Source: Oculina patagonica (lineage: Eukaryota). From it: a DNA stretch of 64,000 nucleotides. The first letter of the stretch is position 1. Each line of letters opens with the position of its first letter. Below are positions 25,021 through 38,311 of the stretch, in pieces. The DNA is taken from positions 8,618,001 to 8,682,000 of the forward strand of contig NC_135761.1 of assembly GCF_052425735.1 (NCBI RefSeq), written 5' to 3'. Position numbers and translations under genes: made by a program. The notes under the pieces were generated by a model, which saw nothing but the letters and a program-made list of their open reading frames with translations, did not search any database and was not told the DNA's origin.

Positions 25021-26127
25021 TAACAAATTTTTTATTAATCGAAAAAAAAATATTTATATAATTTCTCTAAAAAATAGTTTATTATCAAATTGAATTTGCT
25101 CACGGTTCGAGCGTTAGCTTTTCCGTGAAAGCACGTCTGAAGCTGCCTGGTCCCCAGGCGTCCTCCTCCTTGGTGGTGTACGGTTCGCTTGGCGTTGTGG
25201 GACTGATACGGCTCGCTCCGGCCGCAACCATCACTCCCCGCGTTCCCTGTTTTCCCGCCTTACCGCCTTAACAGGCCGGCCGACCGGCGCCTGGGGACGA
25301 GGCAGAGTCTGAAGTCTTTATTGACACCCGATATGGTACGGTGATGACGTCAAAGACGATGGCGACGATGTTTATGTTGACGATCCAGTATAGACGGCGA
25401 CTATCACTGATGTGCATGTCGCACAGTTCACATATCAGTGTGCATAATTAATCGTGTTATATTTTTCAACTACCGCCTAGCCGTAGCGAGGCTTGGAAAC
25501 GAGAATTAGGCGTTAGTAAAAATTTAAATAAGGACGCTATCAGTTGCAACGGTCGCTATTAGGAGCAACGGACGCTATCAGTAGCAACGGACGCTTATCA
25601 CTAGAAGCTACTTGAAGTTCGAACTAAAGGGATTTTATAGAACCAGAAAACACAAATTGTAAGTACGTTTGTTTCGAATTCACGTTTGAAAGCTTGTACA
25701 AACAGTGACTTGTGTATTTCGAATATTGTAATTGCAGTTGACTATGACTTCGATTCACTATTATGGATCAAGTGTAGTGCAAATAAAATTCGGAGTTCTT
25801 TAAATCCCTGGTGTATCTTCAATAAAAGTACCGCTACAGACGAGAGCGCGAAACAATCACTGACCGTCGTCAGTTAGCACATGTACTGTAGAAAATTATC
25901 ATTCAATGTTCCCTTGTACTTTCTAAATATATTTTTGTTACAAAAATGGCCTAAAATTATACGAGACAAAAAATATCTAGTTGACAATTTCAAGGGCAAA
26001 ATCAAGGTGATTGTAGCTAGATGTATCTTTCAGTTTCGTTTTGTCTTTTCTAATTATTATCCCTGTTTTCTTGGTGACCCTCTCCTGCACCGTTTTATAA
26101 ACATTCTTTTCTGATTAGGCCCAGCAG

Positions 26128-26648
26128 AGAGCAGTTTTCAATTAAGTGTCGTAAAACCAAAACCAAAGTAATCACGGCGTTAGCCAATTATTAAGAACAC
26201 AGACAATTCAGTAAATCAATCAAAACTCGAAGTAAATACATGTAGCCGGCACGAATCGCAGGAAAACGTGCCCGAGCGATTGATTGGTTTAGGTTTTACT
26301 TCTGATTGGCTGCGGAAGTGGCGCGAGAGTTTTAAACTAATCACTAAGGGAAGGACCATTATTTTTTTGGAGGGGGGGGGGGATGAAAAATATTGAAAAA
26401 AATTGTTTGCAGGGCCTGGAAAGACAAAATAAATTGTTTGCAAACACGATATGTATAACAAAAAATAGTAAGAATTTCGAAAAAAAATGTTTGCAGAGGT
26501 GCATAAACTAAAATAAAAAGTTTGCAGAGGAAAATATTTCATCCCCCCCCCCCCCCTCCAAGAAAATAATGGTCCGTCTCTAAGCGTAGTAATGCAAAAC
26601 CAATGCAAACGCATATTACTTTCGACTCTCAAGTAATTACCGCTCTAG
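26128..26648. mobile_element. MITE (AGAGC termini) interrupted by a second MITE at about 26348-26580 (GGACCATTATT TIR, TAA duplication)
   Basis: Terminal inverted repeats seen for both elements. Confidence 0.65.
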
Positions 26649-28029
26649 TTGCAGTTCGTTGTTATAAAACGTTTGGTTAAGGTTAAAGTGGTACTATGAT
26701 CAAAATTTTACCTTCCCTTTTCTCTTCGGTTTTTGAAAGTACTTACATTAAATAGTAACTTTGCCAAATTTTAAGTTCAAATTCGAATTGGAAGACCACT
26801 TATTTCACGCGTAAACTTCGGCTTTGGCTTGCCGCCATTACTAGATTCAAAAATGTCCGAGGACCAAATAGAGATCTGGAACTAGTTGGGGCGAGAGCAT
26901 GCTGACGTCATATGCGCATCAACAAAATGGCTTCTTCGAAGGCTGGAGTGACCGATCTGGAAAAACATTGGTTTTCTTTTTAATCTGTAGTGATGTAGAA
27001 GCCGTATCTACTGTGCAAATGTTTTTTAAACATACTTCAGGGCATCTCCAGGTCACGTTTGCACAACATAGTGGCAGAAACATTTCAAGAGGCGGAATTT
27101 TTAACTCGCCCGAACCACGCAAGATGAATAATAGATCGTCTGATAACTTTGAGGGAAACTTGTACTCTTGGAAATGCTTTATAGATATTTCTCACGGCAA
27201 CCTTTGTGAGGTTAACTACTTCAACTATCCAAGGGAAGTGAATAGAATAGAAGGCTTCGAATTATCTACAGTGAGTTTACTGTATTCGCTCCTTTTTAGA
27301 AGCAAAACATTGGGTGAGTGGCGTAATTTACTTCTGTTGCTCAAGCTCTCGTGTTCTAGAATAGTCATTTTTAAATTTATTGTAAATACTTCATGTCAAA
27401 AAGGTAATTTTTGGGCGAATCGGCCTGTATGTTCCTGAATTATATCCTCTATTGTACAAATAAACTTAAATAAATTCGCACGAGGCGGTACATTATGTGA
27501 AAGTACATACAGAGGATGCAAAGCTTAGCAATATCTTTTTACTGATTGTGTACTGAAAATGTTTCCATTGTAGTCCTCTGTATACACTGTAGTCTTAATA
27601 AACTCACCAGCACGTCTTCAGTGTTGGTCACTTGTTTATTTCTGCCATGCAATATAAAACACTACAGTAGGACTGTACTTCATTGTGCACTTATAGTATT
27701 CATAAACATTTTTTGAAAAGTAATCTCAGGATAGAACAGTGTTAGCCTGTCTCAGAGACATACATGCTATCCGGATTTTACTCAGTATATCTTTATTATA
27801 TTTAAGTACAACAGGGGCCGTGAGCTATAATTATGACCTGTGCCAATCACTCATGCTGTGTGCAACAGAGCACCGTTGAAATCCTAGCTACTCTTTATTT
27901 TAAGTTTGCAATATATTTATTTTTGGCATGCTCTTTTTGTTCATAAGTTGAGAATGTAGTAGCCAGCAATAAATCATGTGAATGTGCCAGAGAACCCCTG
28001 AGCTGCTGATCCATCATAATTTCTAACAC

Positions 28030-28695
28030 AAGTACAGTCAAATCTGTACCATAAATAAAAATGTTGTATTGATTGAGGTGAGGTGGCCTAAGTGTAAGTT
28101 GTCGGACTCCGGATCAAGCGGTTCAGGTGTGGACTCTTACTGGTGTCATTGTGCTGTGTTCTTGGGCAAGACTACTCTCATGGTGCCTCCTCTCCAAGTG
28201 TAGAATGGGAACTGGCAAATTGATGGTGTGACAAGGGCATGTAAGTCTAGTTGCTTGGTGGGCAACTAGACTTGCATGCAGACCTTGCCTTTTTGTAACA
28301 AGGGGGCAATTTTGAGGTCACACAGGACCCTTGCAACCATTATATATGTATTTATTTAAAGAGTATACACAAACTGCGAAGCCGACAATAAATACAGTCA
28401 AACCTGTACCATAAATAAAAATGTTGCATAGCAATGGGGTAGTTGTTTTGATTTAGGTGCGGTGACCTAATGGTCAGTGCGCAAGACTCTGAATCAAGCT
28501 GTTCAGGTGTGAGCCCAGACCAGTGTCATTACATGTATGTGGGGGGAGTGGGGAGGTTAAACCTGTGATGCAATTGTACTTCCATCTCATCCAGGTTGCT
28601 TACCGGTAATCCTACTTAAACCAAGATATGCTTTGGCCTGATGGGCAAGCAGGCTTGCATGCAGACTTTGCCTTTTTGCATCAAGGGAGCAATTT
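28030..28695 (+). repeat. Tandem duplication of about 360 bp, each copy with a decayed tRNA-SINE
   Basis: TACAGTCAAA.CTGTACCATAAATAAAAATGTTG is repeated at about 28033 and 28394, each followed by a SINE head. Confidence 0.7.
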
Positions 28696-29300
28696 ATTTA
28701 GGGTGGTACACGGAGCTGGCTTGTTTACAGTCACATTAAGTTGACACAAGATTAGTCCCAAAATTGAACTCTCAATTACATACACATACTGCAGATGCAC
28801 AATGTACTGCCAGTGATATTATCTAGAAAGAGCCACTGTCATATTGCATATGATACCATAAAAAAATATTTTCTTTGAGTAGATGCCAGACCCTGACTCA
28901 CCGCAGGCTTCATTTAAATGCTGGTTCAAAACTGGAAACGTTTGATCAAGGTCCCAGTGTTTATTTGAGGTCCAGGTGTTCCCGTTTATGAACTGAAAAC
29001 TTTATACCCTTAATATTATTTTACTTGTTCCCATGTTGTGCATATATTGTTTCAGTTATTTTTATCATAAAAAAATCACGGGGCCAAGAGGAAAACAAAT
29101 GGGTGAAATGAATAAGAAAAACTACTCCTACCCAGTTTTGCTGCTACTTGTGGGACAGTTTCATAACATTATCAGTAAATAGAGTGAAGGACTCTATACA
29201 GCATTCAAATGGTTTTCTCATTTTAAGAAACAGGAATACTGAATGCTGGCTGAAGCTAGATGTCTGAAGTGTTAAAACCCATTAAAACACTTAGTTTTAA

Positions 29301-29339
29301 TTAACAATTAGACTACAAGCCCGAGTTTTCTATGAGCAA

Positions 29340-29375
<36 letters not shown>

Positions 29376-29376
29376 A

Positions 29377-29412
<36 letters not shown>

Positions 29413-29597
29413 GAAAACTCTAAAGAATTTCAGTCCAAAACCTACAATATTGTGCACTTTGAAGACAAAAATCAAGAAAATTTACCGCTTAAAGAGCTAC
29501 GCGAGCGCGCGACTGTTTTCTATCGGCGAATAGAAATCAGTGGGAGAACCAATCAGATTCGCGGATTTCCAATAGAACACAGCTGAGTTTCTACTAA
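29301..29597. repeat. Inverted copy of the 16139-16435 repeat
   Basis: Reverse-complement identity. Confidence 0.9.
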
Positions 29598-30221
29598 AAA
29601 GGTTTATTACCTGTATTGTAGTCAAGGAAGGTAAGACTGTATAAAACTCAAGGAGCTAAATCCATTGTTCACCTGCACCATTTTGTTGACTTTAATTTTT
29701 CTGTATAAATTTTACATTATTTCATGTTTATAAAGCTTTTTTCGGAATAAACAGCTGAGATAGATTTTATGCCCATGGCGTGTATGATAGATTACAAGAA
29801 TGAAAACAACAGTAAAGATCATTTCAATCCTTCGCAAACGGCAATAGCAACCTACATGTATATATATATATATATGCAGAGCTCTCTATTAATTCAAACA
29901 TTGCAGACATTTTATCCTAACTATTCAATGTCGTTCTCATCATACCATGTATTCAAACGTATGTAGTCCATGAATCGCCGTTCCTCTTCGTTCTTCGAGG
30001 CTTCTTCGATCGGTGCTTCGATTGGACATGAAGACGGCAGCTACAAAACCTCATCGAATGAAATAAATATTGAAGTATTTGCATACAAACATTGCCCTTT
30101 AGACCGACGTCAAACGGCTTTAAATTCTCATTATAAGAAACGATACCGCTAAATTGCTCTTCGTTGCGGCTCTCTTGGGTTTCGCCACCGGGCAAACTAG
30201 ACGAAGAATTTGTCGAAGAAA

Positions 30222-31527
30222 TATGTTTACGGGCCGGGGGGGCAGGGGGGGCTGCAGCCCCCCCAAATTTTGGGCAACTCAGATTTTTTGGGCAGCAAGA
30301 GAAATTTGGGCAAAGCCAGTTTTTAAAGAAGCTAGTTTTTTTTCTTCGAAGAGATAGATATTTTCTATTTTAACCTGCAGTCGGCGGGTTAAAGCGATGT
30401 AAATTCACACAAGACAGTGGTTGCTTAGCACCTGATAAATTTCTGGTTAATAGTGAAGGGGGTCATTTGTTGATAGACATATTTGTACTTTTTTCTTTTT
30501 TTTACTGTTGGGCACTGTACTGCAAATATCTGTCACAGTTAAACACCTGATAAAGAAAGCTTCTCCGCGTTGCTAAATTTTACAAAATCGAGGGCGAGAT
30601 TCTGGAAGCCGAGCAGAAAATGTGCGCGAGTTTTCGTCGTGTGCGCGGATTAGGCTACATGACTGTTTCAGAAATGCTGGAGACAATGCAAGAGAATGAT
30701 CTATTTGATAAGGTTTCAGAGTTTTCTTACGTGGTTCATATCCATGCAGTGATACCTGCTACGTACAACGTGTTCTGCAGAGCGATCATTCAGTGCGTTG
30801 CACAGATTGAAAAATAATAAGGCAAAAAACAAATTAAAACAAATGTTTCTCGTCCCGCCCGCTTCATTTTTTGGGGCCGCCTCTCTTTTTTAATTATTTG
30901 TTTTTGGAAAAGTTAGAACGAACAAAAACCAACAATGTTTTCTTTTACTTTGTACGGAGTAAGACATGACTTTTGTCTGCGTTTTAATGCAAACTAAGGC
31001 CAAAACTTTAAATCCTAGTTACGCTAGTTCCGTACTGGATAGGTCTGACAATTACCTTGCAGGATTTATCGATCGATATTCGAACAACACAGGTATGAAA
31101 TGCAACAAAAGTATAAATAATTAGAAAATAACAAAAAATGCACCCGCCCGCTCTCTTTTATAGAAATCCAGACGAGAAACCTTTTTTTTTTTACTTGGCC
31201 TAAATTATTACTTGTCATCGCACTTGTATTAGCATTTTTAAATGGGCATATTCCAACTCTGTAGTCAACAATGACATGGATCGTATTGTTAATATCTTCG
31301 GCCGTCGAAATGGTTGAGAAAACTATTACTTTTAACGTGTTTTATGAGCTCATATGATAGATTGTTATGTAATAATTCTTCACTTCATTTGTAAGCCTAT
31401 GCTAGTGCATCGCCGTATGACCATCGTTTCTTCTCGACTGTTTCGTAAAAATTTGGGCAACTTGTGAAAAATTTTTGGGCAAATGTCTCACCGCCCCCCC
31501 TGGCAAAAAATTGCCCGTACGCCTATG
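30222..31527 (+). mobile_element. Non-autonomous hAT derivative with hATC dimerisation-domain remnant, interrupted by a TAA-flanked MITE at about 30821-31200
   Basis: Frameshifted IPAT..CSAERSFSALHRLK at about 30750-30812; terminus GCCCGTACGCCTATG. Confidence 0.75.
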
Positions 31528-33618
31528 GTTAATTCTCAGTATATTCTCTCTTGGAACACTCGAAGCTCGAAGCGACGATGCGCATATGACGTCACGGACC
31601 AACTCATGCGTAAATCCGCTTTTCAGTACAGTCGCTGGCTCACTTTAGACGTCCGAGTAATGGCGGACGGGTTTTCCACGATTTTCGGCAAGCTATTTCA
31701 AGGCTTATATTGCTCGCAACGTTCTAAATTCTAGCGCGCTAGTTAAATATAGACTTATTGAACAAATTGACTTTAGAAAAAGACGAAAAGAAAAACAAAA
31801 ATTTTGGTCATAGTAGCACTTTAAGTAATTTGTAGCTGTCAGATGCAACCTTGGTAACGGCCATCCACTATTTATTTTCTGCATATTACTGAACAATTGA
31901 TTTGGAACAATTGATTTAGTCGGCATATCGTGTTTTGAGCTTAAAATAACTGGCCACATAAAATTACTAGCAGAACAGTTATACCGAAAAAAATAACTTT
32001 CAAACTGCATGTTCGTTACCAGAGTTTATTTGTGTTTACTTTTAGAGTTGCAACTGAGTATTATATTGAAGAAAGTTAAAAGGGCAAAACTTTACTCATG
32101 CCATCCTAATCATCGAACTCATTACAGTTGTCATTACCTGGTTTACTTAATTAACGATTTTCATGATCAATTTAAAAAAATGGCAATTTTTCCAGGCCAT
32201 CAAAGGCGTTTGCGTCTAATTTTGGCTGAGAGACGTTAGATCTCATCTAGTGTTACTTCGTAAGAGCGAGATTTGTTTTATTCAAAAAACATTTTGTAAA
32301 CCTTATTAGTGGAATAAAAATCAAAACTAGTTATTATTTAGAAATGGAAAATTATCAAGGTATAGAATTCTTCTAGAAAAGATATTGGTAGATCAACCGA
32401 AGCCTTGACGTTATTGTGTCTTTTGAGAGCACTGAAGATGAGATTTCATTAAAAATTCTAAACACTGGGAAAGGAAATGCAATCGTTAATTAAAACCTTC
32501 AAAAGTCCACACAACACTGTGGCTTTTAGCGTAGATAAACAGCCACTTGGGCTGATCAAATAATCATTAAATTAACTCCTTCGCCAGACAGCTGCTGATA
32601 ATCAGGCTTATACGTAGAGCCGAAAAACAGCACGACCATCCCCCCATTATCCCGCTTTTCAAGTGAAACGCCAAGAGCTCCATCGCACCAAATCGTTTCA
32701 GTCTAAAAAGCTGTCGATTAGGCCGCTTTGGCTTTAGCTAGCTAGCAGGTAAGTAAATGATGACTTATTTGTTTCACATGCGCTTGATGCTTATTTCCGT
32801 AATTTCCGCAAGGAAATTTGGTTCAGGGGTTAAAAAGACGCAATTGACCTTAGGTAGATATATATGCCATATCTTTTAAATTTTCGTTTTCAGGTAAAGA
32901 ACGCTGCTAGTCAGTAAAAAAAGCTTGTTTCAGGCGATCGGGTTAATCGGAGAGCAGCGCGAAATAAATTATCTCGTAACTACAGTTAAAATAACAACTA
33001 CAGCACATCTTTATTAGATAGCCTGCGAACAAGCTGTAAAAAAGCATCGCTGCTGTCACTTCTACAGTTTACATAGTGTAATATTCTACCCTGGGTATTG
33101 TTATTAATGACATGGTAATAAGATATGGAGAATCGCTCTGGCCTGGGACAAGCCCAAGACCAGGCGAGGATAGGAGCTGAGGGGGGTCAACCCGACTTAC
33201 TCGATTAGGGGGGGAGGGTGGGTAGCCAAACTCTCCACTTTCGCGGCCTCGAGTAGAGTGATGGGGTGGAGCACATGTAACCCCTTTTATAGTCTCATTT
33301 GCATAATCCCCAGGGTATTAATTACCAATGCAAATCGAGTTTGCATAGTGTAATATTCTACCCTGGGTATTGTTATTAATGACATGGTAATAAGATATGG
33401 AGAATCGCTCTGGCCTTCCCCAAGCTCACCACCATTCTCAACCTTAACACCAAAAGATGTTCACTTTTCTCACGTTCGGAACTCAAACATGACTTTACTC
33501 TTCCCAATCCTCACTAATTGTAACATAATTAACTTAAACACTAAATAATTATACTTAACGCCAATAACACTTGACAATTCTCAATTTAGAAAGCAGTGTT
33601 CCAGTGTCCAGCTTTATA

Positions 33619-34959
33619 CTAAACATTCGGAAAGGCCTGAGAAAATCCCTTCAAATTATTAAGACGTTTGTATGACTGTCCTGATTCCAAGGGCAAGTCT
33701 GCCAGTTTTGCTGCCGCTCCCGCCGGATTCACAACTTGTTTAAGCTTGATGTAGTGTAGAGCCGTTTTACTACTTCTCCACCCCACGTGATCCATGATTT
33801 CGTGGAGGCTTACACCCTCGAGGGCTAGGGACACGGCCGCCCCACTACGAAAGCCGTGAAGAGTAAAATGGTCGCTAGATAGTTGTTTACTTAATAAGGA
33901 AGTGTAAATTTTCAGTCTCGCCTGAGCGGCCGCTGACTCTAAACAATGAGGACCCACCAAATTTGATTTAGTTACCGAGCGGAAAAGGAAGCCCGGGGAC
34001 AACCTTATACCCAGAAGTTTACAAATATTAAAGTACATTTCCAGACCCCGAACTGGACAAACTGATTTATTGGAACCTCGTTTAAACGCAAAAACATTGG
34101 CATCTCCTGACCTCAAAGATTTCGTCCAAACATGATTAAATAAAAATCCTGAGTCATCGGGAAAACGTAAAATATCAGATACCTTGACTTGCAATAAATC
34201 TGCTGCTCGATCACCCGCAAAAAATAAGGCCTTAAAGAGAGCTTGATCTCTCGCATAAATAAATACTTGTACCGCACTCAGCACCGAGCTATTCAAAAGC
34301 ATCTTTTCTAAATAACCAGAAATAACTCTTAAATCACTTAAAATAATTGGCTCCGCTTGACGAGGCGTAATTCTAGCCCTAAGTTGTTCCTCTCGAACAT
34401 CTGCAAGGTAAGTCTTTACTGAATGACAAGAAGCTGGGTTCCCCACACCAAGTAAGGAATGCCACTCTGAACCCCTGCCATGTTCAATAAATATTGCACG
34501 AAGTTTCCCAATTAACGAGTCAACTGTTCCAAAAGCAAGTCTCTTTGGACAAGCACAAGACATCCCTGTTTGAGACACTGCTGGGCAAGCCGATTGGTGG
34601 ACCTTGGTTCTCCCGCCGCGATCTTTCCAAACAAGGAAGGCTTTGATATCAGCAGGAAGAGCAGAAGAAAGAGATTTTGGCGTCGTCAGGCTCGCAAGGA
34701 ATTGGCCAAGCTCAAGTTCCAAAGCTGATTTCTGTTTAACGTAACGAGAAGAGGATCGCTGCTGAGACAATTGCCGTAGACGCTCTGCAATGTTGCCTTC
34801 ATCAATCTTACATTTCTTTGCGGGCGACTGAGCATGATCCCCAACAGATCGCCTCACATAGCCACATTGCTGGCAAAATTTGAAATGTTCGTCATTCGGG
34901 TAGCCGCATACAGGACACGCTACAGATGGAGTATATAACTTCGGGACCCTAGGCAGAGT
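33619..34959 (-). CDS. Tyrosine recombinase with N-terminal CxxC..CxxC zinc ribbon; no nearby ATG, preceded by an in-frame splice acceptor
   Basis: Catalytic R (GDRAAD), HGFR, GW and HY; acceptor tttcgtttccttgcag|ACT. Confidence 0.9.
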   Translation of the reverse strand, partial: TLPRVPKLYTPSVACPVCGYPNDEHFKFCQQCGYVRRSVGDHAQSPAKKCKIDEGNIAERLRQLSQQRSSSRYVKQKSALELELGQFLASLTTPKSLSSALPADIKAFLVWKDRGGRTKVHQSACPAVSQTGMSCACPKRLAFGTVDSLIGKLRAIFIEHGRGSEWHSLLGVGNPASCHSVKTYLADVREEQLRARITPRQAEPIILSDLRVISGYLEKMLLNSSVLSAVQVFIYARDQALFKALFFAGDRAADLLQVKVSDILRFPDDSGFLFNHVWTKSLRSGDANVFAFKRGSNKSVCPVRGLEMYFNICKLLGIRLSPGFLFRSVTKSNLVGPHCLESAAAQARLKIYTSLLSKQLSSDHFTLHGFRSGAAVSLALEGVSLHEIMDHVGWRSSKTALHYIKLKQVVNPAGAAAKLADLPLESGQSYKRLNNLKGFSQAFPNV

Positions 34960-35015
34960 CTGCAAGGAAACGAAATGTGGAAAATGTTACTGAAGTCCAA
35001 AAGGCCTGGCACAAT

Positions 35016-37278
35016 CTAGAAACGAGATATCCGGCATGCCCACATATTAGTCGTACATGGAGTCGGTATATAACCAGACCTCGAGGGGGTGAGAAGGACA
35101 TTCATGTCTCCCTGCTCGCCGAGGCACAGCTTGTCGGAACAACGAGCCATAAGTTCTGGCCACCAAAATAATGGAGGATTAAACTCCGGAATTATTACTG
35201 TAAAGGGGATCTTGAAGCCAAACAAAAACTTTAAAACGGGACCAATCAGGCCGAAAGGAGGAAAAACGTACGGATTAGACATCTGGCTCACAGACCGTAG
35301 ATCCTGAGAAAAAAGGTTTACTCCCGCGGAACAAGGGCTAAGAAAAGGGGTAAAGTGCGGCAGAGGAATACCATTCCTACCCATAGGAGCATTCGAGTCG
35401 AGAGCCATTAAATCAAAGGAGTGTCCGCCTGATCCCCCAAATGCCTGATCCACCGCCGCAAAGGCCGCGACCGACAATTTAACATCAAGGGATGACAGTC
35501 TTCGAGAAGGCGCATCTGCCTGGTTCTCCCGGGACGGAAGGTACTGCAGGTTGAGTTGAATGTTGCGTGACGACAAAGCGAAAAACAACTGCTTTGTAAC
35601 TTTCGTCAGCTGAGGTGATTTCTTACTTCCCTGCGCATTCCAGGCACCAATCATAACTTGACTATCAACATAGGCGTCAAGTCTAGCGTTACGAATTTCT
35701 TGTGGGAGCGCCTTGATAGCATAAACCAAAGCCAGCATTTCCTTAGATGATATAAAAAGCTCTCTCTGGTCTGGGTTCCAATAATCTCTAAAGCTCTGAT
35801 CGCCGGATGGAAGATGTAAAACACAAGCCCAACCATGACCAGACGCGTCGGTAGAGAGAGAAACGGTGTAATGTTTTTCTTCTTTCCAAGGGAGATATTG
35901 TTTCCAATTATCCAAAAAAACGCCAATAGGACAACTCCTCCTTAAGGAATTCGTTCAAGGGTACCTGGCCATTAGCAGGAGCTCTCGCAATGGCGGCACT
36001 CATTTCTCTAATAAACAGCTTTGCCATTGGCACAGCTAACGAGAAAGAAATACACTTCCCCTGGAAGCGTTGCAAGGTCTTGAGAGCCACCCAAGACTTA
36101 CAAGCAAGAATGTCCTCCCTCAAAGCAGCGAAAGACTCGATCTTGCGAACAGGTATCAGAAAGGACAATTTTTCAGAATCGACAACAAGACCCAGGTACT
36201 CGAGTGCTGTAGTCGGAGTTAAAACGGACTTCTTTATGCCAATGGTATAGCCGAGCTCTACCAAAATCGAGAGAACAACAAACAAAGCTGCCCTTGCTGC
36301 AAGTAGACGATATTCCCTTGATCTGTTAAGGGGGAGCTGCGACCAAGGACCACTGGAAGTCAAAAGTTCGCCATTTAAACGGTCATCGATATATAAAGAG
36401 CAAGGGATCCCTTTAGCTCTCAGGAAGCCCGAGGCAGCAAGACCAATAGTGTGATAAATATAGGGCGAAATCTTCCATCCAAACGGCAAAGTCGTACAGA
36501 CCAGCCATAAACCCCCAAAGCTAAAACCAAAATAGGTCTGGGAGTTCTCGGAAAGGAGCACGTGGTCGTAGCCAGATTTGTCGTCGCACTTGGTCATAAA
36601 CGAGCCCCTGTATATAAATCTGGGTACGTCCGCCAATTTATCCAGAGAGAAGGGCATATCTCTCATCCAAAGATTCAGAAATCTGGCGTCGATGCAAAGT
36701 CTTGGTTTGGACGGTTCTACCGTTAAAGGAAGCACCAGGTAAGGGGGGTCATCCACACCAACCTCCCCCCAAACTCTGAACGCTCCTGTAGAAACACGGT
36801 TAATAATCTCTCGCGATATAAAATCCGAGAACTTCCTGCACGACTCATGGTTTGGAAACCGTTTCTGTGGCGGCAAATCTGAGGAATACCTGGCTCGCTT
36901 AAAGACGCCAGAGAAAGGTCGAGCAAATTGGAGAATGTCCACTTTGTCACGAATCCACCCGCCAATACGATCAGCTAGGGGATGGCCCTCGAGAACATTA
37001 TCCCACGCCCCAACGTTTTGATGTAAGCCACCAACCGAAAAATGATCGGGATCTCTCAATTTAAATGCTTCTAACTCAGGAGCCACGCCCGAGAGCACGT
37101 CCTTCCAATGTACTACCTCCGTCACTCCCTCCTGGTCAGGAACCCCGTTTATATCCACCCAATTCGAATTGATTCTCGGCTTGATTCCCTTAACCTGATT
37201 CCGAAACTCTACCCAGTGACTTGCTTGTTCCAGAATCCCTTCATTGGAGACCACGGATTTTCTCTTACGACCCACCAT
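35016..37278 (-). CDS. Pol: RT (YIDD) - RNase H - N6-adenine methyltransferase-like domain, split by a 1-nt frameshift in a T7 run at 35914-35920
   Basis: CDDKSGY, LPFG, YIDD; TDAS, KEMLA, YVDS, ADAPSR; DLMA..N and YVFPPF. Removing one T restores WRFLDNWK. Confidence 0.88.
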
Positions 37279-37647
37279 CTAGGTAAAAAGACGGGTTTAA
37301 ATAAGGATTTACCTTAAACCAACCGAAACCAGATAAATATAAAAGCAAAGAAATCTATATGAGAAACGGGGTTCCTGACCAGGAGAGAGCGACTTCAACA
37401 CGTCTGAGAGCAGAACGTCTGGTGGCTACCGAGATAAACGGTAAACCAGCAGGAGTCACTCACCCTGATCAAGAGCTATTTGAAATACAGCCAAAGAAAG
37501 AAAACGGGACAACGAAATAAAGCAAAATACTGTGACAACAAACATGACAGACATGGATATTTATTTATGTAATCCCGAAAATACAATATTCATTAGACCA
37601 TCCTGGTATGTTCACAACTCGTCTTACAATTTCGGATGCTTCTGCAA

Positions 37648-38273
37648 TCAACTAGAAAAACGACCTCTCTTTGCCTGATTCCCGGTCTGCCGATAGGGGC
37701 AATACCTCTGATAGTGACCAATTTGGTTACAAGCGAAACATCTAACCGAGGCTCGACCACCACGCCCACGACCCCTAGGCGCGAAGGGTCTAGGAGCTGC
37801 CACTCGCATAGCCTTATCAACTTTAGAAATCGAATCGAGAACCTTTTCATGATCTTTGTCGCCCAATAGGACTTGAAGATACTGCTGGAATTGAGAGTCC
37901 GGGACCCTAATTTTATCCTTCATAGCCTGCAATACCGCGTTGAAGAACCCCGACTTGGGATGTTTCGACTCTTTCGCCACAATCTTCAAATTGATAAGGT
38001 AATCCAAGGCCTTCTCCTTGCTGAACATGGGCATCTTAATGAAACTTTGCAGTTCCTCTAAAGCTGACTCAACAGAAGCCTTCTGGGAGTTCTCTAAAGT
38101 CTCCAGCCTCCGCATTACGCGTAACATGTCATCCTCTTGCTGCATAATAAAGTCAAGAGGATACGTTTATTAACAATCTTATTCTCCAAACGTTTCCCTT
38201 CCATATGTTGTACATTCAGAGCAACACGAGCAAATAAACATCATTAAACCATTATAACCATAGAAAAAACATT

Positions 38274-38311
<38 letters not shown>

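Larger units (their letters stand above)
26687..31820. mobile_element. Decayed Kolobok-like DNA transposon (5.1 kb) with nested insertions
   Basis: TTAA on both sides; TIR AGTGSTACTATGAYCAAAATTTT; no intact transposase ORF seen. Confidence 0.8.

Noticed and set aside
26899-27438. 179-aa ORF inside the Kolobok-like element
   Set aside because: No recognisable transposase, THAP or other motif.
35016-35450. Bacterial Dam methylase or horizontal transfer
   Set aside because: A methyltransferase-like domain after RNase H is a known component of DIRS/PAT elements.
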